A DNA stretch of 64,000 bases from Octopus sinensis (GCF_006345805.1 NC_043001.1:70680001-70744000); one strand, 5' to 3'; positions 37,493 through 50,542 are shown, counted from the stretch's first letter. Numbers and translations: made by a program. The notes: generated by a model not told the origin, from the letters alone.

Positions 37493-38345
37493 TTATATTA
37501 TCTGTACATCTTTATAAATCTCTGAACGAGGTATAGACGGTAACTGTACGACAATGTGAAGTATATTTGCCATCTAAATACTGCTAACCTCTAAGGGTGG
37601 ATGCTACTGTAGCTTGCAGCCCCAGGAGAACAGCTTCTCCATCTGGCTATTGACACACTTTCTGTGCCCTATCGGCATTTGCAAAGGGAGGCCATCCTTC
37701 TCTCCTCAACCAAAGTGATATGCACGGACTGCAGTTTCTGGGTATTGACCCGTCATCAGCGCACAACAATCACTGATTTTCGATGGAAGGTTCCCAATGC
37801 AAATACATATATCCTTTTTCCAGTGACTTTTCGTCACTGATCTTGAAAAAGTGTAAACAAACAATAATAAATCTCTGAACGAGGTATAGACAGTAACTGC
37901 ACGACAATGTGAAGTATATTTGCCATCTAAAGGCGGCGAGCTGGCAGAAACGTTAGCACACCGGGCGAAATGCGTTGCCGTATTTCGTCTGCCGTTACGT
38001 TCCGAGTTCAAATTCCGCCGAGGTCGACTTTGCCTTTCATCCTTCCGGGGTCGATAAATTAAGTACCAGTTACGCACTGGGGTCGATGTAATCGACTTAA
38101 TCTCTTTGTCTGTCCTTGTTTGTCTCCTCTGTGTTTAGCCCCTTGTGGGTAGTAAAGAAATATATATTTGCCATCAAAATATGGCTAACCACTAAGCGTG
38201 GATGTTACTGTAGCTTGTAGCCCCAGGAGAACATCTTCTCCAGCTGGCTATTGACACACTTTCTGTGCCCTATCGGTATTTGCAAAGGGAGGTCATCCTG
38301 CCCTCGTCAACCTAAGTATATATCTTTATATTATCTGTATATCTT
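37493..38345 (+). repeat. Older diverged tandem duplication (unit about 350 bp); the second copy carries a SINE
   Basis: ATAAATCTCTGAACGAGGTATAGAC and CCCCAGGAGAACA.CTTCTCCA.CTGGCTATTGACACACTTTCTGTGCCCTATCGG each occur twice, with scattered substitutions. Confidence 0.9.
37932..38162 (+). mobile_element. SINE family B, full length, with 16-bp TSD
   Basis: GGCGGCGAGCTGGCAGAAACGTTAGC, B-box GAGTTCAAATTCC, tail GTAGTAAAGAAATA. TSD: TATATTTGCCATCTAA (37915-37930) and TATATTTGCCATCAAA (38163-38178). Confidence 0.96.
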
Positions 38346-38486
38346 ACAATGACTCTCTGCCTTGAAATCTATTGCTTATACATTAGAGCAGGCAAAAATG
38401 AAGATTCTATGCCTTGCCCGTGTCGTACGTCTTCAAGGCTCTTCCGTTCTGCAGTGAAAGCTTTTAATAAAATTTAGGGTATAAAT

Positions 38487-38574
38487 AATGATAGCAGCAA
38501 CGATAGCAGCAACAGCGGCAGCAGCAACGACAGCAGCAGCAGCCTTGACAGTATCAGCAGCAGCAGTAGTAGTT

Positions 38575-38638
<64 letters not shown>

Positions 38639-38655
38639 CAGCAGCACCAGCAGTG
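38487..38655. repeat. (AGC)n grading into (AGT)n trinucleotide repeat
   Basis: Read directly; it explains the poly-L and poly-V ORFs. Confidence 0.95.
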
Positions 38656-39334
38656 GTGATTTCCTACAAATGGTTTTCATGCGTAAATTGGAAGAATATC
38701 TAACAGATGTGATTGAAAATGTCTTTGAACGATGAAGATAAATCTATTTTTAAATTATTCATCAAAATTTTGAATATGTTTCGATGACGTCAAGTGATGT
38801 TGGTTAGAGGCGTCATTTAAAGCATTGAATAACAACTTGGTAACCGTTAGGCATGCAGTGTCCATTTAATACCTAATTAGAAATGTAAGTGGCTATTATT
38901 TTATGTTACGTTATGTATTATCATTGATTTCTCTTTTGGTGCACAATTACTTCATAATTTTCGTGTTTTCCCTTTGTTTCAAGTAGAGGAGACAATTATC
39001 TAGTTGCCAGTTGTCACAATTTAAACACATTATTTATACAGCTTTACAATAAAATATTTTTCAGTGTTCTTATATAATAAAGAATTCTTCAAAACTAACA
39101 CACATGTAAATGTATTCTTCTTTGGGAATATACGATGCCAAAGGTGAAAAAGAGAAATTCTGTAATTTTCTCAAATAAAAGTTTTCACTGAATGTTAGTC
39201 GTGCTACTAAATTGATAACATGAATATTGTGCTTTTAGCTACAAAACTAGTGCTAGTAATTTTTTTAATTAAAAAAAATAGTTTCCTATTGATTCACGGG
39301 ATTGCGAAAACATGATATAACTTGCATCTAAATC

Positions 39335-39540
39335 GGCAAGTTGGTACACTCGTTGGTACACCGGATAAAATACTTTACAACATTTCGTCCGTCTTTACCT
39401 TCTGAGTTCAGGTTCTACCGAGGTCGACTTCGCCTTTAAACCTTCCAAGTCGATAAAATAAGTATCAGTTGAACACTGTGTCGATATAATCAACTTATCG
39501 TCCCCCAAAATTGCTGGCCTTGTGCCAAAATTTGAAACCA
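39335..39540 (+). mobile_element. SINE family B variant with an alternative 3' tail
   Basis: Family B body followed by CCCCCAAAATTGCTGGCCTTGTGCCAAAATTTGAAACCA. Confidence 0.85.
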
Positions 39541-39555
39541 GCATAACTCTCTTAT

Positions 39556-39965
39556 TATTTTACATGTTTCAGTCGTTTGACCGTGGTCATGATGCAGCAC
39601 CGCCTTTAATCGAGCAAATCGACCCCAGGACTTATCCTTTGTAAGCCTAGTACTATCGGTCTCTTTTGCCGAACCGCTAAGTTACGGGTACGTAAACACA
39701 CCAGCATCGGTTGTCAAGCGATGTTGGGGGGACAAAGACAGACACACAAACACACACATATACACACACATACACACACACACATATATATATACATATA
39801 TACGACGTGCTTCTTTCAGTTTCTGTCTTCCAAATACACTTACAAGGCTTTGGTTGGCTCGGGGCTATAGTAGAAGACACTTGTCCAAGGTGCCACGCAG
39901 TGGGGCTGTACCCGGAACCATGTGATTCGTAAGCATACTGCTTACCACACAGCCACTCCTACGCC
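39556..39965 (-). mobile_element. SINE family A, full length
   Basis: Tail, internal (CA)/(TA) tract, body and head (CCACACAGCCACTCCTACGCC) are all present in reverse. Confidence 0.93.
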
Positions 39966-40961
39966 TATAACTTACATTTTTGCGGGGAATTTAGACAGCT
40001 TTATTTGTATGCTTTATCCAAAGGGTGATTGGAGCAACGTGCCTCGACAGTATGTGTAATTTTTCTGCATTAAGAGGTCATAATCCAGTTTTTAAAATTC
40101 GATTAAAATGTCCCAGGAAAGTATCGCAAGACTAATTCTTCAATCTGAGAATGTCGGCAGAAGACCTATGGTTAAACACAGAATAAAATAGTTTGGTAAT
40201 AATTATGGTCTCAGTTGATCACGCTTTGGAATCCAGCTCGAAATTGTAATGACAGTTGTCTCTGATAGGTTCTAATAAAAGAGATACTTAAAGACACTAC
40301 CCCGACGACTCCTCACAGGAACATATGGTGACGAAAATAAAAAGATGAACATCGAAGTTGATTGTTCTATTAGTGGATTAAGGCAGCAGGACGAATCTTG
40401 TGTATTTGAGGTTGAAGACTTTGTATATAAACTTCATATATATTCAAATGAGAAGCCAAAGATCTTTTGAAATTTTATATGTATTTCAAATACGTCATCT
40501 TCGTCATTTATTTATTGGAATTAAAAAAATCTCGACACTACTTACAAATATGAAACAATGAACTAGTGCCATTGCCTATCTTAAGCTGTTATCGAAAAAC
40601 ATTCCCCTTCTGAACTAAAAGGTAACGTCTTCTATACAACAGTTCTCTTTGGCAAGAATCACTAAAACCTTCAAGAGTTATTGTTAATTTACAAATGTAA
40701 CATTTAGATAAAACTTTTCAGTATTTAAAATGTTATAAAGCAAATTTGAGCGGCAACCTAGATTAGACATTTTGTAAACAGAAAATATACTAGGGTACGT
40801 GAACAACGATGAGTTATATGAGATTGCACAAAATTGTGACAGCAATTTACAGAAACAAAATTTCGGAAGTGATAAACCTAAGGTCACCTATGATTTTAAA
40901 TTTGATGAATGAAGAGTAATCAGGTAAACTAAGAGGTTTACTATAATAAATGTAGTGAAAA

Positions 40962-41145
40962 TGCGAAGAGCTATTAGAAATGTTAGCACCCCGGACGAAA
41001 CGCTTAGAGGTGTTTCGCCTGACTTTACGTTCTGAGTTCAAATTCCGCCGAGGTCCACTTTGGTGTTCATCTTTTCGAGTTGATAAATTAAGTGCCAGTT
41101 GCGTACTGGCATCTATCTAATCGACTTCCCCCTCCCCAAAGAATA
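40962..41145 (+). mobile_element. SINE family B, decayed
   Basis: GTTAGCACCCCGGACGAAACGCTTAG...TCTGAGTTCAAATTCCGCCGAGGTC. Confidence 0.85.
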
Positions 41146-41169
41146 TTAGAAAATTAAAAAAAAAAATTT

Positions 41170-42008
41170 TTTCTCATATAATGACATAATTTAAAAGAAA
41201 GACTGGTTTCGCGTGTAGCTTTTAAAATTTCTTGTGATGTTATGTTTATGTTGAATAGAGTTATCGTTATGTTTATGTTCAGGAGAGTTCTAAATAAGGG
41301 AAGGTAGTGAGTGATTTCTTCCGGTGTAAGGGAGATAATCGCTTAAAATTGTTTTCCTTTCCCTTGGTGTGGATTTCTCTGTATCAGTATGTTCGGATGG
41401 TTGAGTCTGGGCTTGTACTTTTCAATGAAGAATGTTTCCTTGTTTAGTCTAATTTGTGTTGATGAACCGAAAGCACATTGGTAAAATGGAAAGATTAAAA
41501 ATAGTGGTAGTAGTTGCTTTGCACATTTCTCAATGTGCTCACTAAAAGGTATCATTCTATATTCTGGGAATGCAATCTGTTGTCGATGCAGTGTGCATCT
41601 ACGTCTCAGTGATAGTCCCGTGGAACCCACGTAGTCTTGGTGGCAGCCCGAGCATTTTATGACATAAATTATATTTTCAGAGACACAAGTAAAGTTAGAT
41701 TTGATCTTGAATTTCTGTCCCTCTTTAAAGAGGAATTCTGATCCTTCTAGCAGGTTAGGACATGTTGCACAGTTCGATCTACCACATTTTTTTACTTTTG
41801 CATCCGTAATTTCAGAAGACAATTTTGCCTTTGTGGGAATCTTTTTAAGTGATTTAGGCTGTTTGTAGCTTTTAATGATTTGGTGTATGTTTAGAATTTC
41901 CTTTAATTTGGGGTCTTTATGAAGTATTGGTAAATTCTGGGTGATGATGGTGAAGGCTTCTTTGTTTCTGGGGTTGTATGTAGATATGTAAGTAGTATTT
42001 TCGGGGAA
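41170..42008 (-). mobile_element. Penelope-like element 3' part with an open GIY-YIG frame (222 aa)
   Basis: ORF 41343-42011: YISTYNPRN, KKCGRSNCATC, NIIYVIKCSGCHQDYVGSTG, KETFFIEKYKPRLN. Same family as 8915-10260. Confidence 0.95.
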
Positions 42009-42333
42009 CACACCTTCCCCGAAAATACTACCTTATGCCGCGTACTATCACAGCCTATCTCTTTGCCCCATTCTTGATCTTCGGCATAGACTGATACCAC
42101 CTTCCTAAATATAGTTAAAATTTTCTTTACATCAAACAAATTTTGCATCTTTCATGTTCTCCTTCGAAAGCATAGAAACTCTCCGCTTTCTTAAAAGGTA
42201 ATTTTTCAAGGGAGCATCAGAAGAATATAGTAGAACATAACTGTCCCACATTGTTTTTCTGACAGTTAACTAGTATTAATCTTTTTTGTTTGTTTCTTCA
42301 ATTCACTATCTCTTCAGATATATACATTTATAG

Positions 42334-42382
42334 GTCACACTGGTGGTGGCGATGACGATGACACTGTTGGCTTTTTGTTCAC
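42334..42382 (+). other. Candidate 49-nt internal exon of an unidentified host gene
   Basis: GC-rich island between tatacatttatag| and |gtaagg. Two frames are open: GHTGGGDDDDTVGFLFT and VTLVVAMTMTLLAFCS. Confidence 0.3.
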
Positions 42383-43496
42383 GTAAGGGATCTCAAAATT
42401 GACTACTCTCATTCATCATTGACGACAGTGTCTATTTATTATTTGCTGTAACTATTAACAGACAAAACAGAGAGGGGATACACAGTTTGTCCATAACCGA
42501 TCTGTCTTGTCACTAAATTTGTACGGATCTTTTTAAAACGTATTTTTAAAAAGAATATAGCCGAAATTTCTGGAACGTACATGCCCAACAACTACACTGA
42601 TAAGATATAGCAATGACCTTTTGTTCGACGCCCCTTCCATTCCAACAAGAAGCAGTAATTTCCAAGGTAAAAATTGGCAAGTCCAAACGAATTTGGAAGA
42701 TGAAAACCTTGCCAATGATGTTCCAAAGTGATTATTATAACACGAACAGCGATAACAACATTAATAACAATGTTACTGAAGGAAATATATTTAAAAAAAA
42801 AAACGCGTTTCATTGGTTTACAAAATTTATTAATTGATTATTTACCAAGAATATAAATTTTGGCTTCTTCAAATACTAATCTAACACGACCAATAAGAAG
42901 GAAAAAAAACTATAACACAATTGGAAAATGCATGAAAAACTCGTACAATGCTTGCATCGAAACATGAAATTAGAAAACACACATCTATGACATAAACAAC
43001 ATATAAAGAAATATTTTTCTAAAAAATCACCTTAGCAAATATACTTTTCCACGCTATGTTTCTTTCATTTGTATTAATTTTATTCATATTATTTAATTCT
43101 GTTGTGTATTGCAATTTTGGCCAATAGTTAATTTGGCAATAAGAGACCATATCAACGCTGTCCCAAAAGTCTGATTATTGATCTGATTCTTTAGGAAAAT
43201 GTGCTAAATTTGCTTTCATTAGAAAGAAAGTTTTCTTTCATCACTGAAGCAGAAATCGATGAGAAAATTATAATGAAAATCGTTTAAGAAAAAAATGAAA
43301 GATTTCTCATCGATTTTGGCGTGGAACTTTGTCATGATTGCTTTTCCTGCAATTCGAATGAAAGGCGTCCATTAGACTAAATGGAAAAAAAAGAAAATTG
43401 AAAATGTGGAAACGAAAAAATAAAAAAAAAATAAGAAACAAAGAAATAAAATGACCGACCCCAAAAAACAGCATCATTATAATATAAAACCATACA

Positions 43497-43497
43497 C

Positions 43498-43530
<33 letters not shown>

Positions 43531-43650
43531 TAATAATAATAATAATAATAATTATAATAATAATAATAATAATAATGATAATAATAATAATAATATTAAT
43601 AATAATAATAATAATAATAATAACAACAACAACAACAATAATTATAATGA
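43497..43650. repeat. (AAT)n/(AAC)n microsatellite
   Basis: Read directly from the sequence. Confidence 0.95.
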
Positions 43651-44084
43651 TTTTTTTTTATTTCACAGCAGATCCCATTCATACATATGGTGTCGTACTA
43701 TGAAAAGATGTTGAAATCACGAGTTCATACAACATTATATAAGAAGGAGATCAAGGACAATGTTATTACACATTATATTGATATATATTAATAAATTTGT
43801 TTTAATTTGCATAATAAACTGAATGAATATATAAGTTCACCGATTAAAAAAATGTAAATAATGCATAATGCAAATAATAGTAACCCATACATACAGAGAA
43901 GAGAATGTGCCATGTAGGTATGGAATTGGAACCACATGAATTTGGCAAAGGCTGTGCTTTCGACTTTTCAAAATGTTCAATCACGAAAGTTCTTGTAAGC
44001 TACTCTATTTCTGGAACTTTTATTTGTAAAGTAACATAGAAATAAGACGTCATACAGAATAGTAGGAGAGAGAGTGTAATGTTG

Positions 44085-44190
44085 CAACCTAGCAAAACCG
44101 TTAACACGCCGGCTAACTTAGCCTTTTCCCCCTTCGATGTCAATAAAATAAAATACCAGTCAAGAACTGGAGTCCATCTAATTGCTTGCC
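44085..44190 (+). mobile_element. SINE family B remnant, internally deleted
   Basis: GCAAAACCGTTAACACGCCGG followed by GTCAATAAAATAAAATACCAGT..ACTGGAGTC. Confidence 0.6.
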
Positions 44191-45841
44191 CTGAATTCCA
44201 CAACGGAACGGTGTACCGTATGTTGTGATGTCGGTCACTATACACCATGGAAAACGAAAAAGGTGAATGTATGAATTCAAGAAAAATGTTCATAATATCA
44301 GCGGAAAAGGGGAGAAGATTAATCTTAGTTTGAAATGGAGTCCTATATTGAGGAATATTAGGCAATATTAGTAGGTAAAGAGAGACTAGAGTATAGTAGG
44401 AAGAAGGTAAGTGAAAAGACAAAATGAAAGCCTCCAAATCTTTCTGGTCGTACTAATCTATCTAGAAATACGATATCGAACATATATCGTCTAATTCAAA
44501 CAACACCAATAAATGTTATCCAGCAACCCAACTTGCACTTATTTACTCCAACAACTGCACAAACAGATACTAGCGTGCATGAAACTGTAGAACAACAGCA
44601 ATAGAAAATATTACCATAGCCGACGTTTATTGCACTGAAATAATATGCATACGCTCCATAATTAACATACTCCAAAACAGGTTCTTGAATCATACCAACT
44701 CTTTCTTCAACCCAGTTACGAAAACAAAAGTAGGCCTTTACAGTTATATCTGATCCCTGAAAGTCTGTAATGCAATGTATAAAATAGTCTAAAATTTAAA
44801 CTCTTTCATTAAACCTTAATTAAGTAATAAGAAAGGAATCTTGCTAACTTTCTTCAACTACAGTTTTTAATATCTTTAATTTAAACGTGCATAACAACTA
44901 ATTTAATTGCTGCACGTACACATACTACTTTTCACATTCTGAAATATTTTCACATGATGTTATTACATAGATAATCCACAAATACTTCCCTAAATATTAG
45001 AGAACGGTATACATATTTTCCCGAGATTCTATAAACTTCCTTAGTCTGCACATTTAGGACCATAAATACGCTTACAATCTTCAAATTATGTGTAGGCGAC
45101 AAAGATAGCTACAGAGGTTTTATTTAGATTAGAGTTAGTTTCGATATATATTACTATTGCGCTAATAAAAATTCTTAGAATACCCACACTGCATTACAGC
45201 ACCACTTTTTACTGAATCAAACAATATAAAATAATTACATGTTGCTCTATTAATAAGTAATCTCCAATTCTATATCATACATTTAATCGGTTATGTTGGG
45301 TATAGCTATATACTCAAGGCGCTTAAATTATCTTCCCTTTTCTAAATTAATATCAACATACTAGTTCTAATGAACCACTCAACATATTACACAATCAGGA
45401 TACCGCCATTTGATACTTATCTATATTAATAGTTAAAACTACTAGAAATTTACACATGGAAGCATGAAATAAGAGAGGGAAGTCATAATAGCAGTATGTA
45501 TTGAGAAATGTGTAAATGAAATTCATGGATCATATTATTGTTGGTTATACAGCAATTTAATGCAGCTATACGACATGAGTTTGCAACTAAGTGACATGTG
45601 ATGTCGGTTCACTTCCGAACTGAAATAGGTTCCCATCCTCTGTATCATGAATAGTTAAATGGACCACTCTTAACGAAAGCCAGAGCTTCCTTCGACCTCT
45701 ACATAAAAAGTATCAAGAAAAAATGTTATTTAGATATACTTTTGCTTCAGTTGTTTATACTATTTTACGTTATTCATTTAAAGTTCCCAAATTTCCTTAT
45801 TTAAATTATGAATTATATTCCTTTCGATAATATCAATATGA

Positions 45842-46541
45842 TTACAAAACTTCTTTGTAGACGATATTATCTGTTTGGTTCTCACTAATTTTCAAATTAC
45901 TGGAGTCCGTTGTACTACTCATAGTGACGTGTGTAAACATCGGAGTGGGTAAAATTACACCAACACGATCTAAAGTCTGGCCCTGTGCCTTGTTTGCTGT
46001 AAATGCATGAACGGAATCTTCAAGGTTGCAAAATATCAAACTAAGGCTTACCTCACACTGTTCTATGCGAATAATATCTGAATAATCTGGCACCATGGAT
46101 TATATTGATTGACAAACTGAGATGCAAACAACATCTGCTTCGATTAACCATTTCGAATCCTACTCGAAACTAACACACTTCAATAACCACTCAATAATCA
46201 CACACACTAAATACTGACACACACATTTTCCATTTCATTTTCGCTATTAACCGTCCTCGCAACCGTCTTCGTATCTACGATGGGGCCACGACCTAAACGA
46301 TGAAAATCCAGAGTTACTCGTGGTCGGTGGATTTTTAGTAAAAATGCGAAGGTTGTTTATCAATTCAAAATTCGATATCCATGAAATAATCATACTTTCT
46401 GAAATTTCAATGCTAAAAATCTTCCATACGACCGTCTTTGTAATCCCGAAAGATATCGTAACCGTTTGGCCGTGAAGAGGGAACAGACAAAGAGATAGAC
46501 GGGCGGAATGAGAGACGGACATGATGCCCTATATAGTAAGA
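45842..46541 (-). mobile_element. Helitron deletion derivative: 5' end plus last ~65 codons of the PIF1-like helicase
   Basis: 5' end A|TCTTACTATATA at 46541. Peptide AFTANKAQGQTLDRVGVILPTPMFTH...NIVYKEVL-stop matches the RepHel C-terminus (TINKxQGQT, NxVYxEVL). No 3' hairpin-CTAG was found. Confidence 0.75.
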
Positions 46542-46599
46542 TAATAAATCTGCCCATCTGCAATGAGAAAAAATGGTATAGTATCGCAAATCTAAATTC

Positions 46600-46855
46600 A
46601 TGAATTATAGGGGCGGGGGAATCCAGTGTTAATCCGCGTCGCCAGAATTTAACAAAAAATTCAAAGGTGATTTATTAATACAAAACTCAATATCCTCTAA
46701 ATAATTATACTTTTTCACATTTTTTTTTCGCTAAAGACCTTCCTAATTACTCCCTTCGTAAACTCAAAAAACATCGTGGCGATTCATCAAGCCGTTTGAC
46801 TGTGAAGAGGGAAAAGACATGCAGAAAGACGGACATACCAGCTATTATAGTAAGA
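46600..46855 (-). mobile_element. Second, related Helitron-like 5' end
   Basis: A|TCTTACTATAATAG at 46855. It shares TGTCCGTCT and TTCCCTCTTCAC.G.CAAACGG with the 46541 end. Confidence 0.6.
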
Positions 46856-47544
46856 TTATAAACCTATTCCTATTTCACACAACTCCTCTATAAGAACAGT
46901 CTTTGCAAGTGAGCATCCACACAAATTTCACATAAAACTTAACAATTTAGAATATAATGAATGAAGATCTAAGCTCATTCAAAAATTCTGAGGGCACTGG
47001 ACGCTTGTACTTAGAAAGTGAATAACCCTTTCATCAAAATTACCCCACAGAATACTTTTCTTGCTTGGACAAGACCCTAAATTGAGCTTGTTTCTAGTAA
47101 AACTTAACACTAATTCATGGCAAAAAGTTATATTCAAGATATCTTTTCCTTTTATACAAATAGAAAATAATGTGTAGCAGGTGTTGAAAATACAAACTTT
47201 CAAGTTTCCATTGTATGAATTTTATAGAAAAACAATCTAGACAACTACTAATACGTATTCAGTGTATTGTTTTAGAGTATTTTTTGTTCTGTGTCCATAA
47301 ACATCACCACAATCAAACATAAAACAGCAATAAAGTGTATGATAACTATTTATTCTTATTCTGTATTTAATAAGACAATCTCCATACACCGCAATTAATA
47401 AGAGTAGTGTCAGTGTTTATTTCTTTCTTTAAAACAACCACATCTAAACAATGTAAAAAATTACACACCGTTGATTTTTATTAAATTCGCAAAATTATTT
47501 AATCCGATCTGGCGCAGAACATTCAAGCTTATTCTCACATAAAC

Positions 47545-47552
47545 ACACACGC

Positions 47553-47648
<96 letters not shown>
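47545..47648. repeat. (CA)n microsatellite
   Basis: Read directly from the sequence. Confidence 0.97.
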
Positions 47649-47651
<3 letters not shown>

Positions 47652-49384
47652 GAATATTAATGCCTAGTCTGCAGCTCATGTATGTTTATCACATATAAAC
47701 CTACTTGATGTATTATCCAAATTTGCCATTCTCCTAATTCTACTCTACAAAATATATACCTTTACGTACTTCAATTCTTTCCTTTCTCTATGTTATTTTC
47801 AGTGAAATTTTTTATTGAGGTAATTCATTAGCAACTTACCTCTCTATTTCCATCGCATGATGTCACAAACTATAAACTTTCCTTATCATTCTGAACACTT
47901 GTCATTCAGTTATCGCCTCCTCTCCGGTATCATTTTATAAATAATCTTCTAGCTGCCGCAACCACAGTTTGAACAAACTACTTCCAAGACAAACCTTCGA
48001 AGTTACTATTTATGATTTATGTTTTAGTGAATATAGGGAAATGTATATTTAACACAACTCTACTTAGATCTCTAAGTTTATTCTACATGTCATACACGTA
48101 AATACATAAATTGTATATACCTAAACATTGAGATATTTGCACTCTGTGTTCCGTCGACAGAACAGCTAGAGGTTTACGGAAAATAATCTGTAATATATAA
48201 TGTATTAAATTCGAATACCATTCCCCATGAAAAGTGTAATAAGATATATCTAAAAGCCTTGTGATACAACAAAATCTGAAATTTTCATTCAAAGAATTTG
48301 CTATTATTTCTAAATGTTATTTCCTAAAAAACGCACTTGATTAAGAGACAACTAAAATAATGATACATATAAACTATAAAATGCCCTCCTTTTAATAAAT
48401 CCTAATATAATAGTTTGTATACAATTATTTTCCTTATATTACAAGGTTGAAATCCAAAGAAAAAAATATTAATTTTACTCAAAATAAGATACATAACACC
48501 AAAACAACGTTAAAGTGGTGAAATTCAGCTCAGCTTAAGTACATTAAATCGATAATTCATATTAAAGCATCCACAATTGAAAATATTCTACAGACAAGGA
48601 AATCACTTCTTTGGAGATTTAAAAAAATAATATTCAGATTTTCAACGTCATTGTAGACTCAAATCATTAAGCCTGTTAGAAATGTGGTTTGGTTATACAT
48701 TTTAGAGTCAGTGCATGATAAAATATTTTCATTATTGGCGATTTATATACAGATTACGAAACAAGAGTTAAATATTTAATCAAAAACGAATGTCAATTGT
48801 TATTTAAACTCTATGTCTCTCTAGGAATCTCATAAGAAATCCGTTAGCCTTTCCGATGTAACACTGAAATTAATAATCTCCTGATGAAAAGCCATTTATG
48901 AAATCCAACGAAAACTACAATATGCAGTCATCCTAATATCAGCATCAGAGTACTATTAAGAACTGAGAGACTACTACTCTCTACAAGTCACTGTTTTGTT
49001 CAAATGAAAATGTATTCATTTATACCCACAAAGAGAAACTCTCTATGATTCGAAACATCGAGATGGTAAAATATCCTAATATCTGTGATTAACCTATAAA
49101 AAAAAACTATACATATTGAGCAGTTTAACCGACAATCTATTTTTAGGTTTCCAATATTTAAACTATCTCACCTAAACTTTTTTCTCACTCACAAATACCA
49201 AAAACTTCTCAACCAAAGCATGGAAAATTTACTTAGTTTACAAATCAAATTTTTGAGCATATATAAGGTAATGAATGAGACAACTTGAACTACTTTAATC
49301 AGAATTTTATTAACACCAATTTCCTACCAATTGAAGAAAATTGTATGGGAAAGGAAGTAATATGTTCTTTTCTGCTCTGGGCAT

Positions 49385-49581
49385 AAGGTACGAAATTTTT
49401 TGAGGAGGGGGCCAGTCGATTAGAACGACCCCAGTACGCAACTAGTACATAATATATTGATCCTGAAAGGATGAAAGGCAAAGTCGACCTCGGTGGAATT
49501 TGAATTCAGGACGTAAAGACAGAAGAAATGCCATTAAGCATTTCGCTAGGAGTGCTAAGGTTTCTCTCAGCTCGTCGCCTT
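49385..49581 (-). mobile_element. SINE family B
   Basis: GGATGAAAGGCAAAGTCGACCTCGGTGGAATTTGAATTCAG...CAGCTCGTCGCC. Confidence 0.9.
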
Positions 49582-50542
49582 AAAGGAACCGACAACATAT
49601 ATTCGTTCTTCTGCCATATATATCCTTGCAGATCCTGCACAGATTAACATACACGTCCAAATTTTAATATTTACATTGGGCGCATTGCTTGTTAATGTTT
49701 CCAAGAACGCACTAATACGCATTAATGTAATTTTCAAGGTATTATTCATATATTTTCTTTAAGGAACAGCAAAGTTTAATGATCTAACTACAAAACAGAA
49801 AATATAAAAATATGAAGGGCAATTACAATATTCATTTATTTATCTTTTGTAATTAATAAACTAAACTAAGTACACTTTAAGTAATAAGCACTTACATATA
49901 CTTACTTCGATCAATCAAAAGAAACACACTTCTCCACTCACTCTAACCTAAACAAAAAATAAGCTTTAATAATTCATTGGCTTCATCTAACACCAGATAT
50001 TCGGTATACTGCTTATGAAAATCGTACATATAATATTAATAATTAGCCTACATTCAATATAAACGTACTTGATTTTTTATTCACATATGTCATTCACCAA
50101 ATTTCAACAATTACCACACGTCAGTAACATATATGCTCATACAATATATACACAGGTCGTGCTTGATATATTTCTGTCGATTTCATAAAGATTTCTGATT
50201 CCGGTCACCATTCACGTCTCAACTCTAGTTTCCCCAATGCTTTTATATCGTTATTGATATTCTTTCTTGTCTCCCGCACTCTTCACCAATTATTTATTTA
50301 TGTAAATGTCACTCAACTGTCTACTCCAGCCTCATTGCACATTTATGAATTGACTGCCTACTCAATGTGAAATGCTGCTTCTAAGGCTAACTTCTTCACT
50401 TTCAGATCTCTTTATAATAACAAGCCATGAAATTGGACGGTTGGTTAGTTGGTTGAGGGAAGAGCGAGGAGAGAGTAAATGAATGGGCAGTTTGTTGTAA
50501 CTGAAAAAGCATTTGCAATAAGTTTTGATTTATTGTAATGAA

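Noticed and set aside
38474-38703. Poly-Leu and poly-Val/Ala ORFs resembling signal or transmembrane peptides
   Set aside because: They are translations of an (AGC)n/(AGT)n repeat; there is no other coding evidence.
40290-40475. Stop-free frame of about 58 codons (TGTYGDENKKMNIEVDCS...)
   Set aside because: No recognisable homology and weak splice signals; the length is within chance expectation.
42561-42837. Overlapping open frames downstream of the 42334 exon candidate
   Set aside because: The acceptor is poor, and no phase gives a convincing continuation without invoking a frameshift.
44436-44693. Open frames on both strands (QTTPINVIQQP... and the Cys-rich minus ORF)
   Set aside because: They are short, with no homology and no supporting acceptor.
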